Below are positions 27,900 through 41,466 of a DNA stretch of 64,000 nucleotides, piece after piece. The notes beneath the pieces were generated by a model. The model saw only the letters and a list, made by a program, of their open reading frames with translations. It searched no databases and was not told where the DNA came from. The stretch is from Octopus bimaculoides (taxonomy: Eukaryota): NCBI RefSeq assembly GCF_001194135.2, contig NC_068986.1, forward strand, positions 71,780,745 through 71,844,744. The letters are read 5' to 3'. The first letter of the stretch is position 1. Each line of letters starts with the position of its first letter. Both the position numbers and the translations under genes were made by a program.

Positions 27900-29760
27900 A
27901 AAGACTATAAAAAAGCTTATTCGTGGAAATTCATCCAAATATCTGGAGGGATGGAAAGAGTATATATTTTAAGTGGTGCTTCTCTCCATTTATCTAAGAT
28001 GCCCTTAATTCGCCTTCGAAACAGGTTCCTGCCAGTTCATCTCAAGTAGATATGTATAGCTGTAAAGTAGCACTTTATGATATGTTCTATGAGAAACTCC
28101 TCTTCCCCTGGAAAAATGTAATAAAAAGTGACCTACATGGAGAGGTAAAGCACTCTTGGCACATCTTTATGGATCCAGAAATTAGACTGAGGGTTCTGGA
28201 TGTGACCAGTAGCGAAAAGCATGCCTTTAGATAAGTAGGCTTCACCGCCCAAATAGAGATGGGGCAGCCAGATTTCTAGTCTGGAGGTTTTCCTAACGAC
28301 ACCCTGCTCTCTGTTGTTAGTGAGATATTGGAACACATCTGGAGTGTGTGGGATATGCTGGCAGAAGCGATGTTTGCAAAAGTTTCACAAAGCTGCTCAG
28401 ACTGATTGGATATCCCGGATATGGCAACGGGTCATCCAGATCGTCAGTAGGTACAGCATCCTGTATGTCAGTAGGTAAGGAAAGCGTAGGTTGTTACAGT
28501 TCAAAATTATCTGCTAAATATATATCAAATTCGCGATCTGTATGGATGATAGCCTTCGGAGTCTGAGATTGGGTTGATGGAAGTAAAACGCTAGAAAGCT
28601 AAAAGGGGTATTTTAGGAAAGGTATCGCAACCCGCGTGTTTGTGATGAATTGAGTCATGAAAAATTCTTCAATACGAAAGGCTAAGTTTGCACTGTCAGT
28701 ACTAAGGTGTATGCTGTAAAGAATGAAGGAACTCCAGCCGTTGATGCACCTGATTGTCAGATGTATAACGTAGCAAAACCCATAATTCCGTCTTTGGTGG
28801 TCTCCGATGAGCTCCTGCCAATTCATCTCAAGTAGAAACGTACGGCTGTAAAGTAGCACTTTGCTAGATAGTTCGGGACGGATGCTGCGTCGGAAACGAT
28901 GGTAGATTTTACTGTCTACCTTGATGGCTTACTGCGACTCTCGGTTGGAGATGCAGAGTTCTACGAAAGCCGATAAGAGTCGATGAAATACGTGAGGGGA
29001 TAGTTGACTGCTCAGTGGGTGTGGAAATCACCGGGGAGAATGATATGTTCTACAATATCTATCTTCATACGCCGGGACTTTTCGGAGACTTCTTGGTAGA
29101 GGTCTATGAACTGTATGTGTACAAATATATGGGGGAGATGGAATACAAGTATTAATGTCGTTAATCCTTCACACGTTGTCACATTTACAGGGAAGTATGT
29201 ATAGACTGTGGTCGCAGAGATAACACAAAACAATAAATAGTCGGATGGGATCTATATGGATAAACAGGCGTTAATGGCTCCCGAAGACTATAAAAGATAT
29301 TCCGGATATGTACCGCATTGGTGGTGCAGTAAGCAAAGAAATTCATTGCTGCTACAGGAAGACAAAATGCTATATTATTGGGAGTAAAAGCTACGCCAAG
29401 ACTTTCTGCTTAAAGGTGCTGAAAAGGCAGAGGATATGCTTGTCAGCAAATAACAGGAGCGATAGAAACAGCAATAGCAGCTGTATGCAAGACACTTCTA
29501 GCGGAAGACTTAGAGTAGCCTGAAACATTACTTAGTATTCAGTACAAGAACTAGACAAGCAGGAACTAAGCTTCCCCTTTCCAGCGGTGCAATCTCACAA
29601 TATGCTGTGGATGGAGATGGTTGCAGGAAAGAAATGACAATCTGCAGGAGACAGTCAAAAAAGAAAGAGAGAAAAAGACCTAGATCACAAAAGCAAACCT
29701 TGACCGAAGACAAACAAGACACACTATGAGAAACTTCTCTCCCCCTGGAACAATGTGAAA
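27900..29760 (-). mobile_element. APE-type LINE relic (endonuclease region), rearranged
   Basis: EHIILPGDFHTH (about 29050-29015) is the IIL-GDFNAH motif of APE endonucleases; HILCL lies upstream. Internal duplications are present. Boundaries are approximate. Confidence 0.6.
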
Positions 29761-29799
29761 TTCTCAGTACCGAAAATTGTGAATAATGAACTTGCGTTG

Positions 29800-29990
29800 T
29801 AGAGGGCTGACGATATGCATTGTATTCTAACCTTTATGCTTCGGGTTCAATTCCCAATGAAGTTAACTTCGATTTTCATCTTTCAGAGATCGATGAAAGT
29901 TAAGTACCAGTCAAGTACTGAAATCGATATAATTGACTAACACCTCTCCAAAACTTTCTGGTTTTATTCCTATATTCGAAACAATTATTA
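29800..29990 (+). mobile_element. Diverged family A SINE
   Basis: gggttcaattccc B-box, gtaccagtcaagtactg and gaaacaattatt tail, as in the other copies. Confidence 0.55.
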
Positions 29991-30714
29991 ATTTAAGAAA
30001 TTATTATGATTATTGTTGTTGCTGTCATTGTTGTTATTAATCTTTGTCGCGAGCTGACGTCTATAAACAACAGAGCTTCGGAAATGAAAAGGAAGCTTTT
30101 TGACCAACGTAGAAATTTCGGACATTTATGCCTCTACTTTCTTTCCCTGGGGTGAAGAAGGTTCTTACGAAATTTTTAAAAATATTTTCTTGTTTCTGCA
30201 CCAATGCCTAGTAGCGATGCAAAATAACCAGCTCTGTGAGCGTTACAAGAGGTATTAGCCATCAAGATATACGTTCTTACACTCAAAAGTTAGCTTGAAA
30301 AATCGAGGAAATAGATAATAATACTGAACATGCAGACAAAACCAAATGAAAAACACGACAGGACCACAAATTATAACCTTGAGTTAACAGCAACAGTCAC
30401 ACCTATTTTCCCAACATCGCAATCCTAAATGAAACAACTAGCATCCTCCAGTTTCTGAAAAGAAAGTGTGAAGGGTAGGCCACAAAAGATTGTACCACCT
30501 TGCCTGACAAATTTATCGAGGATATAGAAAGGAGGAAACTACCTACCTCTGGCCCCCTGTTTCTCGAGAAACACAGGTACATGCAAAGATCTCTGAAGGA
30601 GCAGATAAAGAAAATCATTTGTCACGATGTGTGCCCCATCGACCGGTAAAAAAATACATAAATATATGGCTCGATCTTTAAGACCAGGAAAGAGGCAACA
30701 GAAAAGGCAGTGCA

Positions 30715-30874
30715 TTATTTACATTATTTACATTTGACGGGTATTTGACCTCATCTTGTTTGTTGTTAAAACAACGTTTCGACTGATATACCCTCCAGCC
30801 TTCATCAGGTGTCTTGGGGAAATTTCGAACCTGGGTTCTTATTCCTAAGGTATTTTTCGATGTTGTTGTTGTTG

Positions 30875-30938
<64 letters not shown>

Positions 30939-30944
30939 CATTAC

Positions 30945-30979
<35 letters not shown>
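30715..30979 (-). mobile_element. Penelope-like terminal repeat (copy 1), inverted relative to copy 2
   Basis: Reverse complement of 31137-31370 with several substitutions; contains a hammerhead motif and ends in (AAC)/(AAT)n. Confidence 0.65.
30768..30813 (-). ncRNA. Minimal type I hammerhead ribozyme motif (stem I with one mismatch)
   Basis: The minus strand reads GACAC CTGATGA A GGCTG GAGGGTATAT CAGTC GAAAC GTT GTTTT. Confidence 0.55.
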
Positions 30980-31136
30980 NNNNNNNNNNNNNNNNNNNNN
31001 NNNNNNNNNNNNNNNNNNNNNNNNNNNNNNNNNNNNNNNNNNNNNNNNNNNNNNNNNNNNNNNNNNNNNNNNNNNNNNNNNNNNNNNNNNNNNNNNNNNN
31101 NNNNNNNNNNNNNNNNNNNNNNNNNNNNNNNNNNNN

Positions 31137-31201
<65 letters not shown>

Positions 31202-31375
31202 CAACAACAACAACATCGAAAAATACCTTAGGAATGAGAACCCAGGTTCAAAATTTCCCAAGACACCTGATGAAGGCTGGAGGGTATATCAGTCGAAACG
31301 TTGTGTTAACAACAAACAAGATGAGGACAAATATCCGTCAAATGTAAATAATGTACATAATTCCTCAACTCTTAA
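31137..31375 (+). mobile_element. Penelope-like terminal repeat (copy 2)
   Basis: (AAT)n(AAC)n followed by catcgaaaaataccttaggaatgagaacccagg...cctgatgaaggctggagggtatatcagtcgaaacgttgtg. Confidence 0.65.
31262..31307 (+). ncRNA. Minimal type I hammerhead ribozyme motif
   Basis: Stem I GACAC/GTGTT; core CTGATGA plus an extra A; stem II GGCTG/CAGTC; GAAAC; GTT cleavage triplet; palindromic stem III AACGTT. Confidence 0.65.
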
Positions 31376-32788
31376 ATCTAGGACAGAAAAGATAGTGTTA
31401 GTACAACACACAACTGCCCATAGGTTAATGCTGCAGTGTATGAGAAGACAGTCGTCAAATTCAGAAACGTTTTTAGAGGCGTCAACCTGAATACAGATAC
31501 AGGTTAATTCTTCCCGATAGAAATATATAATTCTATTGAACTACGGGAATGTCTGTCGATGTTATTCGTTATAGCTTGTCGTAGCAAGCATCACTTCCAG
31601 ACTAATTAAATGCTTCTTGATGGGAGGGTCTAAATAGTTATGGAGATACTAGTTCCAAAGCATTTCCTTTGATATTTTTCATCCTTCTTGTCAGTGAGAT
31701 ATATAACAATCAAATTGAATTACCTATAACAGCATCCACTTCCGTGTAGCTGACTCCACTATTCATTCTTTCCTAATCTTCTGTACTCTAACATCATTCC
31801 CATGTAGCCTAAATACCTCACGTTAAAGTTCTTTATCCATTTTCCAATAAGAGCATATCAGTCTTTCAAACGCAAACAAACAAAATCACTAAAACATATA
31901 AATGAGATATTTTATTCAAGTGATGTACATCGCACTGCTAAAGCCAATAAAGTTCCTACAAGCACCAAGTGTTACACTCATTGATGGTCTCTTCTGGCAA
32001 TCTGTGTTTACAAGAAAACCTGCGCTCTATTGATTAACATTTCTCCTAGCTGTTTTTTTTTTAATTCTCTACAAACCAGCTTCTAGATCTTAACCTACCG
32101 CTGCAACAAATAAAAAAAACTATCTCTAACAAAAGTGTCTCAATTAGTCGGCACAGGCCCCCAGCCGTTATGCTTCAACCTTCATTCCACAGACGTACTG
32201 TCTACTCACGATGCATTTTCTACGCTATTGTGTACCACAGCCATCAAACCTACTCAACATACTTGATTCTCTTCTCATACATGTGTCTTCCAGATTAATC
32301 ATTCATGTGTCTTCCTCATTAACCACTGACTCACTTAAACTCTTTCTCCTTGTCCATGAGCTACTTCCATCACCGGAATTTAGTCGTTTAATAGCAATAG
32401 TCTAACCATCATCGGAGTCTTGGCGACTAAGCACTGATCATTTCGAGAGAGCCTATAAATCTCGAATGAAACTAGAAGCGTTTTCGGCATACTGTGATAA
32501 TACTTTATTCTACGTAATTCCTTAGTTTCTCAACTCTTTTCTGAACGCCATTATAACAAATCACTTTTCTGATGTCAATTATTAGAATATTGTTGTCATT
32601 TCTAAAGTAGTTTGGCGAAAGATTGTTTGTTAGCTGATATTACAATAGCGCAAATAGCATTTGCGAAGATTACTGGGAGATAGTACGAAAATAAAAGAAT
32701 CTTATCTTTAAGAGATTTAAGAGGCTACTTATAGCATAATGCTTTGTAATATATGTGTGGGTGTGTCAGCGTATTTGTGTGTGTATAT

Positions 32789-32837
<49 letters not shown>

Positions 32838-35449
32838 CGTGTACGTGCGTGTGTGTGTGACCCGCATAATGTCATTTCAGGTAGTACATTGTGTAGGTGA
32901 TATTGATAATCTATAATATAGGACTTATCCTACGTTGGAGATTTCAAAAATAACCATTTTGTTGTAATCCCTTTGGTGCTTGTCATACAACTACAGACAT
33001 GTACAACACACCGCAAATTCCCTAACTAATGCATGAACTTATGTTTTATTATTAATATCATCATCATTTCCATATAATCCCGTTTAATTAACTGCATAAC
33101 GAAGCACAACTCAGTTGCAACGAGAGTTTTCTTGCTTCACATATGTTATCTGATATATACTTATGCATTCCGCTTCCATCTTGAGAACAAGCTAGTGATA
33201 CACTGACATGATATGGTGTCAGATGTACCGGCTGAATCGGATTATTGCCTTTATCGACCTGTATAACATGAAATAGTATGTGTTCGCTGTTCCTGATTTG
33301 TTTGCTAGTAAATTGGTTGATTGAAAAGTTGCTTCGGACTTTAATTGCTGTAATTTGTTGAGTGAGAAAAATTGCTAAATGTATGAGTCAGCTGAAAAAG
33401 TCAAATCCGCAAACGACTACGCACCATTTTCGAACGAGGTAAATTCATTTACATTAATTTCACTCATGAACAAGTCCATGGTAAAAAGATGTATGCGGTT
33501 GTCATAGAATATGTCAAAAATTTCTGCGCATTTAAAATTAATAAAGACAGATTTCTCATTAAGAAGAAAACGGTAGAATTTATGAGTATTTGAGAGAAAT
33601 GTTACGTGAATGTAACTTTAATGGTTTGAATGGCAATTTGTCTTTGCATACACTGAACGTTCGTCTACGCGACACCACAATAACAGGCAAACTCAAAGAA
33701 CTGATAATCTTGATTTGCATAATGCTGTTGCTATTATATGAAAAGTTCAGGCAAAAATACATTTGTCCGAGTGATAGTAATGCTACACATGATTTTGAGT
33801 ATGTCAGTTGAAAACAAAGCTAACAGTGAGGCACAGAAATGCAAAAGGTGCGGTGGCAATTACAAATTTAATATTTAGTTTTGTTCTGCTCGAAGCAAGG
33901 AATGTAAATATGGTATATTCAAAATGACCTCTCCACAAAAATGGAATTATAAAACAGACAAACATCTAATAATACTAAAAAAAAAGATGTTTTGTTCATG
34001 TATATGTGTATTAGATAGCACCAAGTCTATGAATATGCACAGTCAACTGAGATAATAATCTGTTAGATACATATGCACAATGAAATGTATTACCCAGGGC
34101 TGTTGCTCAATAGTTGTTGAAGATTGTTATTTTTGCATATATCGTACATACATAAATCGTAGTGAAGCATTATACTTTCGGGTTCTTACAAAATACTCAT
34201 CATGTTACAGATTGCTTGTGATTTTAATGCAAACATTTTAAATTACTTTAATTCCAGAACAATTTCTTCTAATATTAAAAAATATTATTGCTCTTTGTTC
34301 GGTTTGAAATGAAATTTATTGCATACTGATTCCTGAGCTGATATTTCATACATCGATATTTCTTGCCAGCTGAACAACTGAACAACTGACCTTAACGCAG
34401 GTCGTTTTTAATATATTACCATACTTATGCCCCGGTGGAAAGTGGTACTTTATGAAAAGTTATGAAAGTAATACTGTATGTATATAAATATGTGTGCGTG
34501 CATACATACATATCCATACATACATATATATAAATATCATACATACATATATATATATATATCCTCATTTCACTTTGTCTTTTAGCCTCCCAGCCTTCCA
34601 GGGCCGAAAGAAATTACTAACTATGCAGATATATATCCTATAGTTTATATGCCAAAATTAAGCTCATATTTGGGAAACTATATTCTTTGAAATCAGTTAA
34701 AGAAATTCTGATTCCTTTAAGCTGTAATTATCCTAGTATCCTGAGTCACCGTCGCAGCCATCCACCAACCCATTTTAAATTTATCAATATTTCTTGTGTT
34801 CTTTATAAGCTGCACGTCAATCATTGAAATCTCGTCTAAAATATTTTGATATTTCAAGAAAATAGTTACACTGAATGTGTATTTAAAATCGGTCGAATAA
34901 AACTAACAATTGATTAAAGAATGATATAGTTTCGTGTCGTTGGTATTTTAATTCTCATTCTAGATTAGTTTTTTTTAATAAAAAACCACAAACGCTAAGA
35001 GCAACAATTCTACAGCGCTCCAATATCAATATTAATATTTCGGATTAGCAAACTGGCAAATTTTCATGATCTTACCAATGCATGGTAGCCATATTGATTC
35101 AGTTCAATGGTGGCAGTGGGAACATAATGAATGTAATATATAAATGATAGTTTGAGTCACTTTTGTTGATTGATTAAGTATAACTATTATAATAACATAA
35201 GCTCGTTAATATTCGCAATGTCCACTTATAGAATTGTCTTTACTTATTCAGTCAAAGTAATGCGAATAAGTATTTTCATTAGGTTTTATTTTTGTTTTGT
35301 TTTGTCTTTTTAATCTTGTTCAATTTCACCTAATACTTGCAACAACGTTATTATGTTCCATGCTCTGATCCTCACAATTATTTCCTTATCGCTCTCAATT
35401 CCAATATCTCTAAGATAATGGAAACAGCCATTGTCATCGATGTATTTCA

Positions 35450-35550
<101 letters not shown>

Positions 35551-35619
35551 TCTCTCTTCCGATCTCTCTAATTCTCTCTATATATTTCTCTCTTCCTCTC
35601 TCCCGTCTCTCTATCCGCT

Positions 35620-36720
35620 TGCTGACAACTAATATGGTTTCCTTAGAGCTAGATACAGAATGTCACCTAACAGTGGACACATGGTTCGAAGAAACTTGGT
35701 GAAAGCATCGTTATCGCCCTCGGCCTCAACAAAACTTTCGAATGTGTGTGTTCCCTTCTTATCAACTTCAGTGTTCCTTTCCTCACTTTCTTCCTTCTTT
35801 ACATCAAAGATGTACTTAATGTCACCTCCACAAACACTCACATTTATGCACCTGATATCGAACAACGCTCACTACTGCACACCAGACACTACCCTTCTTC
35901 CTTTCTTATCCTTCTACAACCATGCATCAACTACTCGCAGCTTCACATCACACATCAAACACGCACTGGCTTCATTAACAGAGATCCGACTGTATCCACC
36001 TACATGAAAATATTGTCTCTTTCAGCAGCAAGAAAACACACGCTATTCACATAAGAATAAAGCATCAGAACATGATTCAGGCTTTAATGATGAGAAGCAC
36101 ACAGCTAAAGTTCTCCTAATCACGCCAAATGTTGGCTTTGACGATCTCCGCGGATCTTTCCTCGCGAAAGTATATCCTAAATATATCTAGTACTGCATCA
36201 CGACTGGCTCTGCTAATTAAGACCAGAAAGTACTGCAGTTCCCTACAGTTATTGCCACCCTACGAAGCTCTGACGGAACTCTTAATGGAGTATTCCACTC
36301 AAATTTGGAATAGTGTCGTTCTGGATCGCATTCAATAAAGTTCCACTCCACTTATTGGTATAAAGTCATCCAGAAAATATAATCCAGCCTCTAGCCCACA
36401 AACGCGATGTCTCCTTTTTCTTATTTCTTACTCCCAACTATGATGGTCTCTGCTCCTTGGCGCTGGCTGAGCTAAGGCTATCTCCACTCATGCATTTTCC
36501 TTCCCACTCATCTCTCCACTTCCCTTTGTCCAAGCCCTCAGTCTCCACACTAATCACTACGCTCAACACTCCTTTCACAGAAGTTTAGTTCTCCGAACTT
36601 CTCATGTCTTTATTCAACTATTGATTTGAAAAGTTTCAAGAGAAACATAAATGGTATCTGCCTCACCGATCTAGAAAGCTTGCAAAACCTACAGGTTCTT
36701 CTACACGCAGCTAGCAAAAG
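35620..36720 (+). mobile_element. CR1/L2-group LINE, reverse transcriptase C-terminal relic
   Basis: INFSVPFLTFFLLYIKDVLNVTSTNTHIYAPD is a decayed GVPQGS-LFLLYINDL-YADD. LALTISADLSSRKYILNISSTASRLALLIKTRKY...LLMEYSTQIWNSVVLDRIQ matches the post-RT region. Confidence 0.8.
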
Positions 36721-37482
36721 AAAAGTTGTTGGAGCGTAACCTATTCTTCCTACAAATCAGAGCAGCGTTCTTTGATTAATTCTGTGAAATCATTGTAAAG
36801 AATCTCAAGAACAAAGTCGACCCTTATTTACTAATTATCAAGAAGTAATTTGAACTCAGACTTCTGTTGTTGAAAAGATGATCATAGAGAAAGGTGGATT
36901 TGGATTACTTAAAAATTACCAGCATAAATTAGTCGAAGAGCGTGAATTTCAATGTAGAATACAGAGAGACGATTTTGAGAAAGAAAATTATTCTCCCCTT
37001 AACAAAATTCTGAAGAAAGATTCAAAACAGAAGGGTACGAGAAAAGATACATGAGTATGGAAACAAACAAATTGATGCTTAAGTGAAACCTGTGTCAAGG
37101 GGTATGGTATAGCAATAATTACAGTGCAGCGTCAACGAAGGAGACGTAGGCTGGATTTCATATCGGCTTTAGAAATGTAATTTTAAACTAATTTCTATAA
37201 ACTGATTTACTAAACTAATTTTGAGCTAAAACAATACCTTACAGTTTAAAATTTAAAATTTGTCTGTAGATATAAATATAAAAGCAGTTTATGGTTAAAT
37301 AAGAAAAGCTTATATCTAAAAGAGTAACCTGCAAAGGCAAAATTGAAAAAGATTAATATTTTTCATTGAAATTTTGAATCTAATACACAAAATAGTATAT
37401 AAAGATATATGCACACCAACCTGACACTTAACCGATGCAGAAGACGTGACATCTAGAAAAATCGTCAAGAAAACCCAATGAC

Positions 37483-37519
37483 ACTTACCTACAAAGAGAA
37501 AAATACAAGAAAATAGTAA
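37483..37519 (-). promoter_or_regulatory. Candidate recursive (ratchet) splice site inside the long nAChR intron
   Basis: The minus strand reads ttactattttcttgtatttttctctttgtag|gtaagt: an AG-free polypyrimidine tract, then TAG, then immediately a perfect 5' splice site. It is in the sense orientation of the receptor gene. Confidence 0.4.
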
Positions 37520-38826
37520 TGATGATGATACACTTGTCAAAATAGAATTGTTCGCTATCTTAATATCAAACATTAGTTCAAAATCTAAGTATATTATTGT
37601 TTAAAATATAGCCCACAAACGCATAAAGACACACACATAAACACACATATGTGTGTATGTAGTATGTATGTTTGTATGTATGTATGTATGTATGTATGTA
37701 TATGTTTGTGTGTATATATATATATGCATACATATATACGTACGTGTATATATGTATATATACATANNNNNNNNNNNNNNNNNNNNNNNNNNNNNNNNNN
37801 NNNNNNNNNNNNNNNNNNNNNNNNNNNNNNNNNNNNNNNNNNNNNNNNNNNNNNNNNNNNNNNNNNNNNNNNNNNNNNNNNNNNNNNNNNNNNNNNNNNN
37901 NNNNNNNNNNNNNNNNNNNNNNNNNNNNNNNNTATATATGTATGTATATATACACACGTAAAAAAACTGCCCATGCTCCCAATAATGGTCACATATATAA
38001 GCCCAGTAATATATATTTAAAAATTTCATGGCAAGCCTCATGTTGCGACTACATTTCTGACACTTATTTTTTAGTCTAGTCTGTTGTAATGTGTTATAAA
38101 GATTTCGACCTCTCTAACTTCGAAATCTAATTATTGAAAACGCGTGATCATCAAAGCTCAGACTAACTTCAGAAAAATAAGCATATTAACATCATGTGAT
38201 GCATAAACGTGTGCATTACGATATGAAATAAATATTTAGTTCTAGTGATTACTTCAGAATGAATGAATGAATATGTATCAACTTATATACACATATACGT
38301 GTGCAAGATTGGTTGTGATTGTGTGTGTGGAGTATTAAGTATTCTTTGTATGTGTACGTATGCTAATGTTTGCATGCCTACTCTTGTACATTTGCACTTA
38401 CTAAATACTAAAATCTATAGTGTTTTGCGTATTTTTACGGTAGCATTAATAGATCATTGTTGTAAAGTCCAGATTTTCGAGATTCCTGCTGTGGCAGCAA
38501 GTTACATATCCAATTTCGCCAATGATTATAGGAATAAACCTAAGTTTCACTCCGAGTGGAGTAACTGCAGAATCGTCATTAGATCATATTAATTCCTTTT
38601 GTGTGTATGTATGTGTGTGCATGTATGCATGTATGTATGTATGTATGTATGTATGTATGTATGTATGTATACATTTCTTTAAGATTTATTTCATTTTTTT
38701 CCTTTGCAGGTTTCAAGCTGCATATTTTTATGTGACTGGCCTACACTGGTTCAAGGTGTTTGCATTTTCAATCGTGGAGCTCAGCTGCTTGCGTTGAATG
38801 AACAAAGTGATGGCCGACAAGTATAT

Positions 38827-38891
<65 letters not shown>

Positions 38892-40558
38892 TATTGATTG
38901 ATTGACTGATTGAGTGAATGATTGATTGATTGATTTCCATTGATTTGATTGACCTGTTTTTCAAAAGTTCAAAACTTTATGCTGTTTTTATCCTTCTTTT
39001 TTTTTCTATCTTCAACACTATACTAATACAATCCCAAATAACTTAAAACATTTCGGTATCCTCTGATTGCTCAGTTAAGCTTTGAACTGCAGATGAATTG
39101 TTGCTGAGTAGGCATAAGTTAGCCTACGACTGTTCAGTCGTGCTACTGCATGTACGTCGCTGTTGGCATTAAAGTTACTATTCTCTTGTGTATTTCTATT
39201 TGTTTATTTTTGTTTACGAAATGATAGTAAAGTTGTGTTCAAACAGATCATTCAATCATATGCATCAATTTATATTTAATAAAACGTTTAGTTTGTTTGG
39301 TTAATCCAGGATGTTTGATATTTCAGATTTTAGTGTATACTTTGATTCCAGTCACGAATAGCTTAGAGGAAACTTACACTTTTAGCCAACGTGATTTTGT
39401 CCATTCATTATTAAGTTATATTTTTTAAGCACATTGTCGACAATGTGTGTGTGTGCGTGTGTGTGTGTGTGCGTGTGTGTGTGTGTGCATGTGTGTGTGC
39501 GTGAATGTGTGCGCGCATATATATGGGATAATGTTCTTTATAAGTTCAGACAAATTTCTATCACTATTAAATTGAAAGTTATTCATATCTTCAGTTTGCT
39601 TTTTATAAGATAGATTCAATGCTATAAATGTACCTGTGCAACAATTTGTCTGCAGCGTCGCTTGCCTAATTTGTCGATAAATATTTGAATGCCACAGTAT
39701 ATGTACTTGCTATATATTTAGTAATATTCCTATATAACCTTACCTACATTTGGTTGCTCAGCCTTTCCATAACACAGTATGTTGCTTTCATAGAAAGAGA
39801 TAATTACATCCGTCTTAATATCGACCTGATTGGTGTACAAGCATGCATGAATGTATGTCTGTATGCATGCAAGCATGTATGTATATTTGTATGTATGCAT
39901 GCATGCATGTATGTACGTACATCTGCACGTATGTATGTATGTATGTATGTATGTATGCCTCTGACGTGCAAGTCGATCGTCGGAATTGAGTGTAGGGGCA
40001 AAAGACCAATCGAGCCGTCTAGTAGCAGGCCAGCTGTGTTTCAATTAGACTAAAGCATTAGTTTTCTTTTAATCAATCGTCGTGATGTATTCCTTTTTAT
40101 TGCTTTTTCAGTTTACAATAATGTGGATAATGTCTTCAGTTTTGATTTTGGATAGGCTATATTTGTTTGAGCTGATTATTTTTGTCTTTTGTGGTAATGG
40201 GAATTTCTTTTCTTTCATTTGCATTGAGATAAGTTTGAAGGTGAGATGTTACAAACTTCTCGATACTTCATGCCAGGTTTTGTATATTTTAATCTCTCTA
40301 TTACTTGAATTTTTCGCTTTAAGTACCCCGTACAATCTTCTTATTTAACTGCTCTAGTTTTGTTATTTATGGTGTTTCTTGGAGAGATATTGGAGTCAAC
40401 TCGCATTTTACGTCTCTCACCTCACTCTTATTAACTATCCTAGTGTATTTCGTGCTCAGAAACATAACTAAGATAGCTGTCACCCCTTTTGGTTTCCGAG
40501 ATATGTTGCTTCAATGTTACAATCCGGGTCTCGTATGACGTTTACATGCAGACATATA

Positions 40559-40590
<32 letters not shown>

Positions 40591-41466
40591 CATATATATA
40601 CATATATATATACATACACATACATTGTACTTGTCTGTTGATGCTGTTATCTGTTGAGCATTTTTTGATAAGCAAATCTGCTCAGTAGAGCTCTATCTTT
40701 CTTTTCAAAGAACGTAGCTCGCTGCAAGTTTGCTCCGCAGTGAAATGTAAATAATTATGATCTTTGTGTCATTGATTGAGTGAGTTTCCTTTACATTTTT
40801 GTAGGATAAGCGAAGTTCTTGGTTCAATTTAAAAAATCCTCTGAGATTTATCTTGATAGTTTCGCACGATCGATGGCTTAACTATTCCCTCCTTTACCAT
40901 AATGTATGTATTAGTAATTCATGTATCATTCACCAGTTTAAATTTACCGCCTGATTACTCCAATTTTCTGCGCCGAACGAACGCTTCTTCCCATTTATCC
41001 AACGAAACCAACCAATATTTTTAGTATTGTTTTGTTTTTGTTTTTTACCAGTGTTGCGGTTTTTCTTTCTTTTTTTTTTTTGTATTTTACTAGGTTTGTA
41101 AGTTCCAAACTTTTGGGGAAAGTACTCATTACACAAAAGATTGAATAGTCTCCTATTCTGACTCGACTGATTTCGATACAATAAATGTAAATATGTATGC
41201 ATACTTGCAACAAATGGAAATAAAGACTATGTTCTAAGAGAAACAGAATCAATAGGGATCCAAAACATTTATATGACTAGTTAACTTTCACTAGTCATTC
41301 GATGTTTTTGTAAGAGTATAATTATCTTCTTTACATGAGATGTTCCTTCAAATTCGTTTAAATTTTATTTATCATTGTCCTTTATTATAATAAATTTGTA
41401 TCAATAACATTTATTTATATGCAGATCTTGAAAATACTTAAACAGTAATAATAAAATTCTACTTAC

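Noticed and set aside
29439-29483. LLLLFLSLLLFAD as the M2 exon
   Set aside because: It sits within the APE-LINE relic next to HILCL, with no acceptor or phase match and a stop shortly after.
31400-32400. Very old LINE RT relic on the minus strand (KGNAL..., VDASK...)
   Set aside because: Similarity is too weak and fragmented.
33580-33762. YFCLN motif as the M3 exon (YYCLNM)
   Set aside because: The following residues are polar in all frames, with no M3 helix and no preceding PLIG.
37489-37573. Signal-peptide exon of a second tandem receptor gene
   Set aside because: No downstream ligand-binding exons were found, and the hydrophobicity is explained by a polypyrimidine tract. Kept only as an alternative to the recursive-site reading.
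38710-38820. Plus-strand exon after a strong acceptor (cctttgcag)
   Set aside because: No recognisable protein, a weak donor, and no partner exons.
41273-41298. 8-bp hairpin atgactag/ctagtcat near the exon donor
   Set aside because: Expected by chance in AT-rich DNA.
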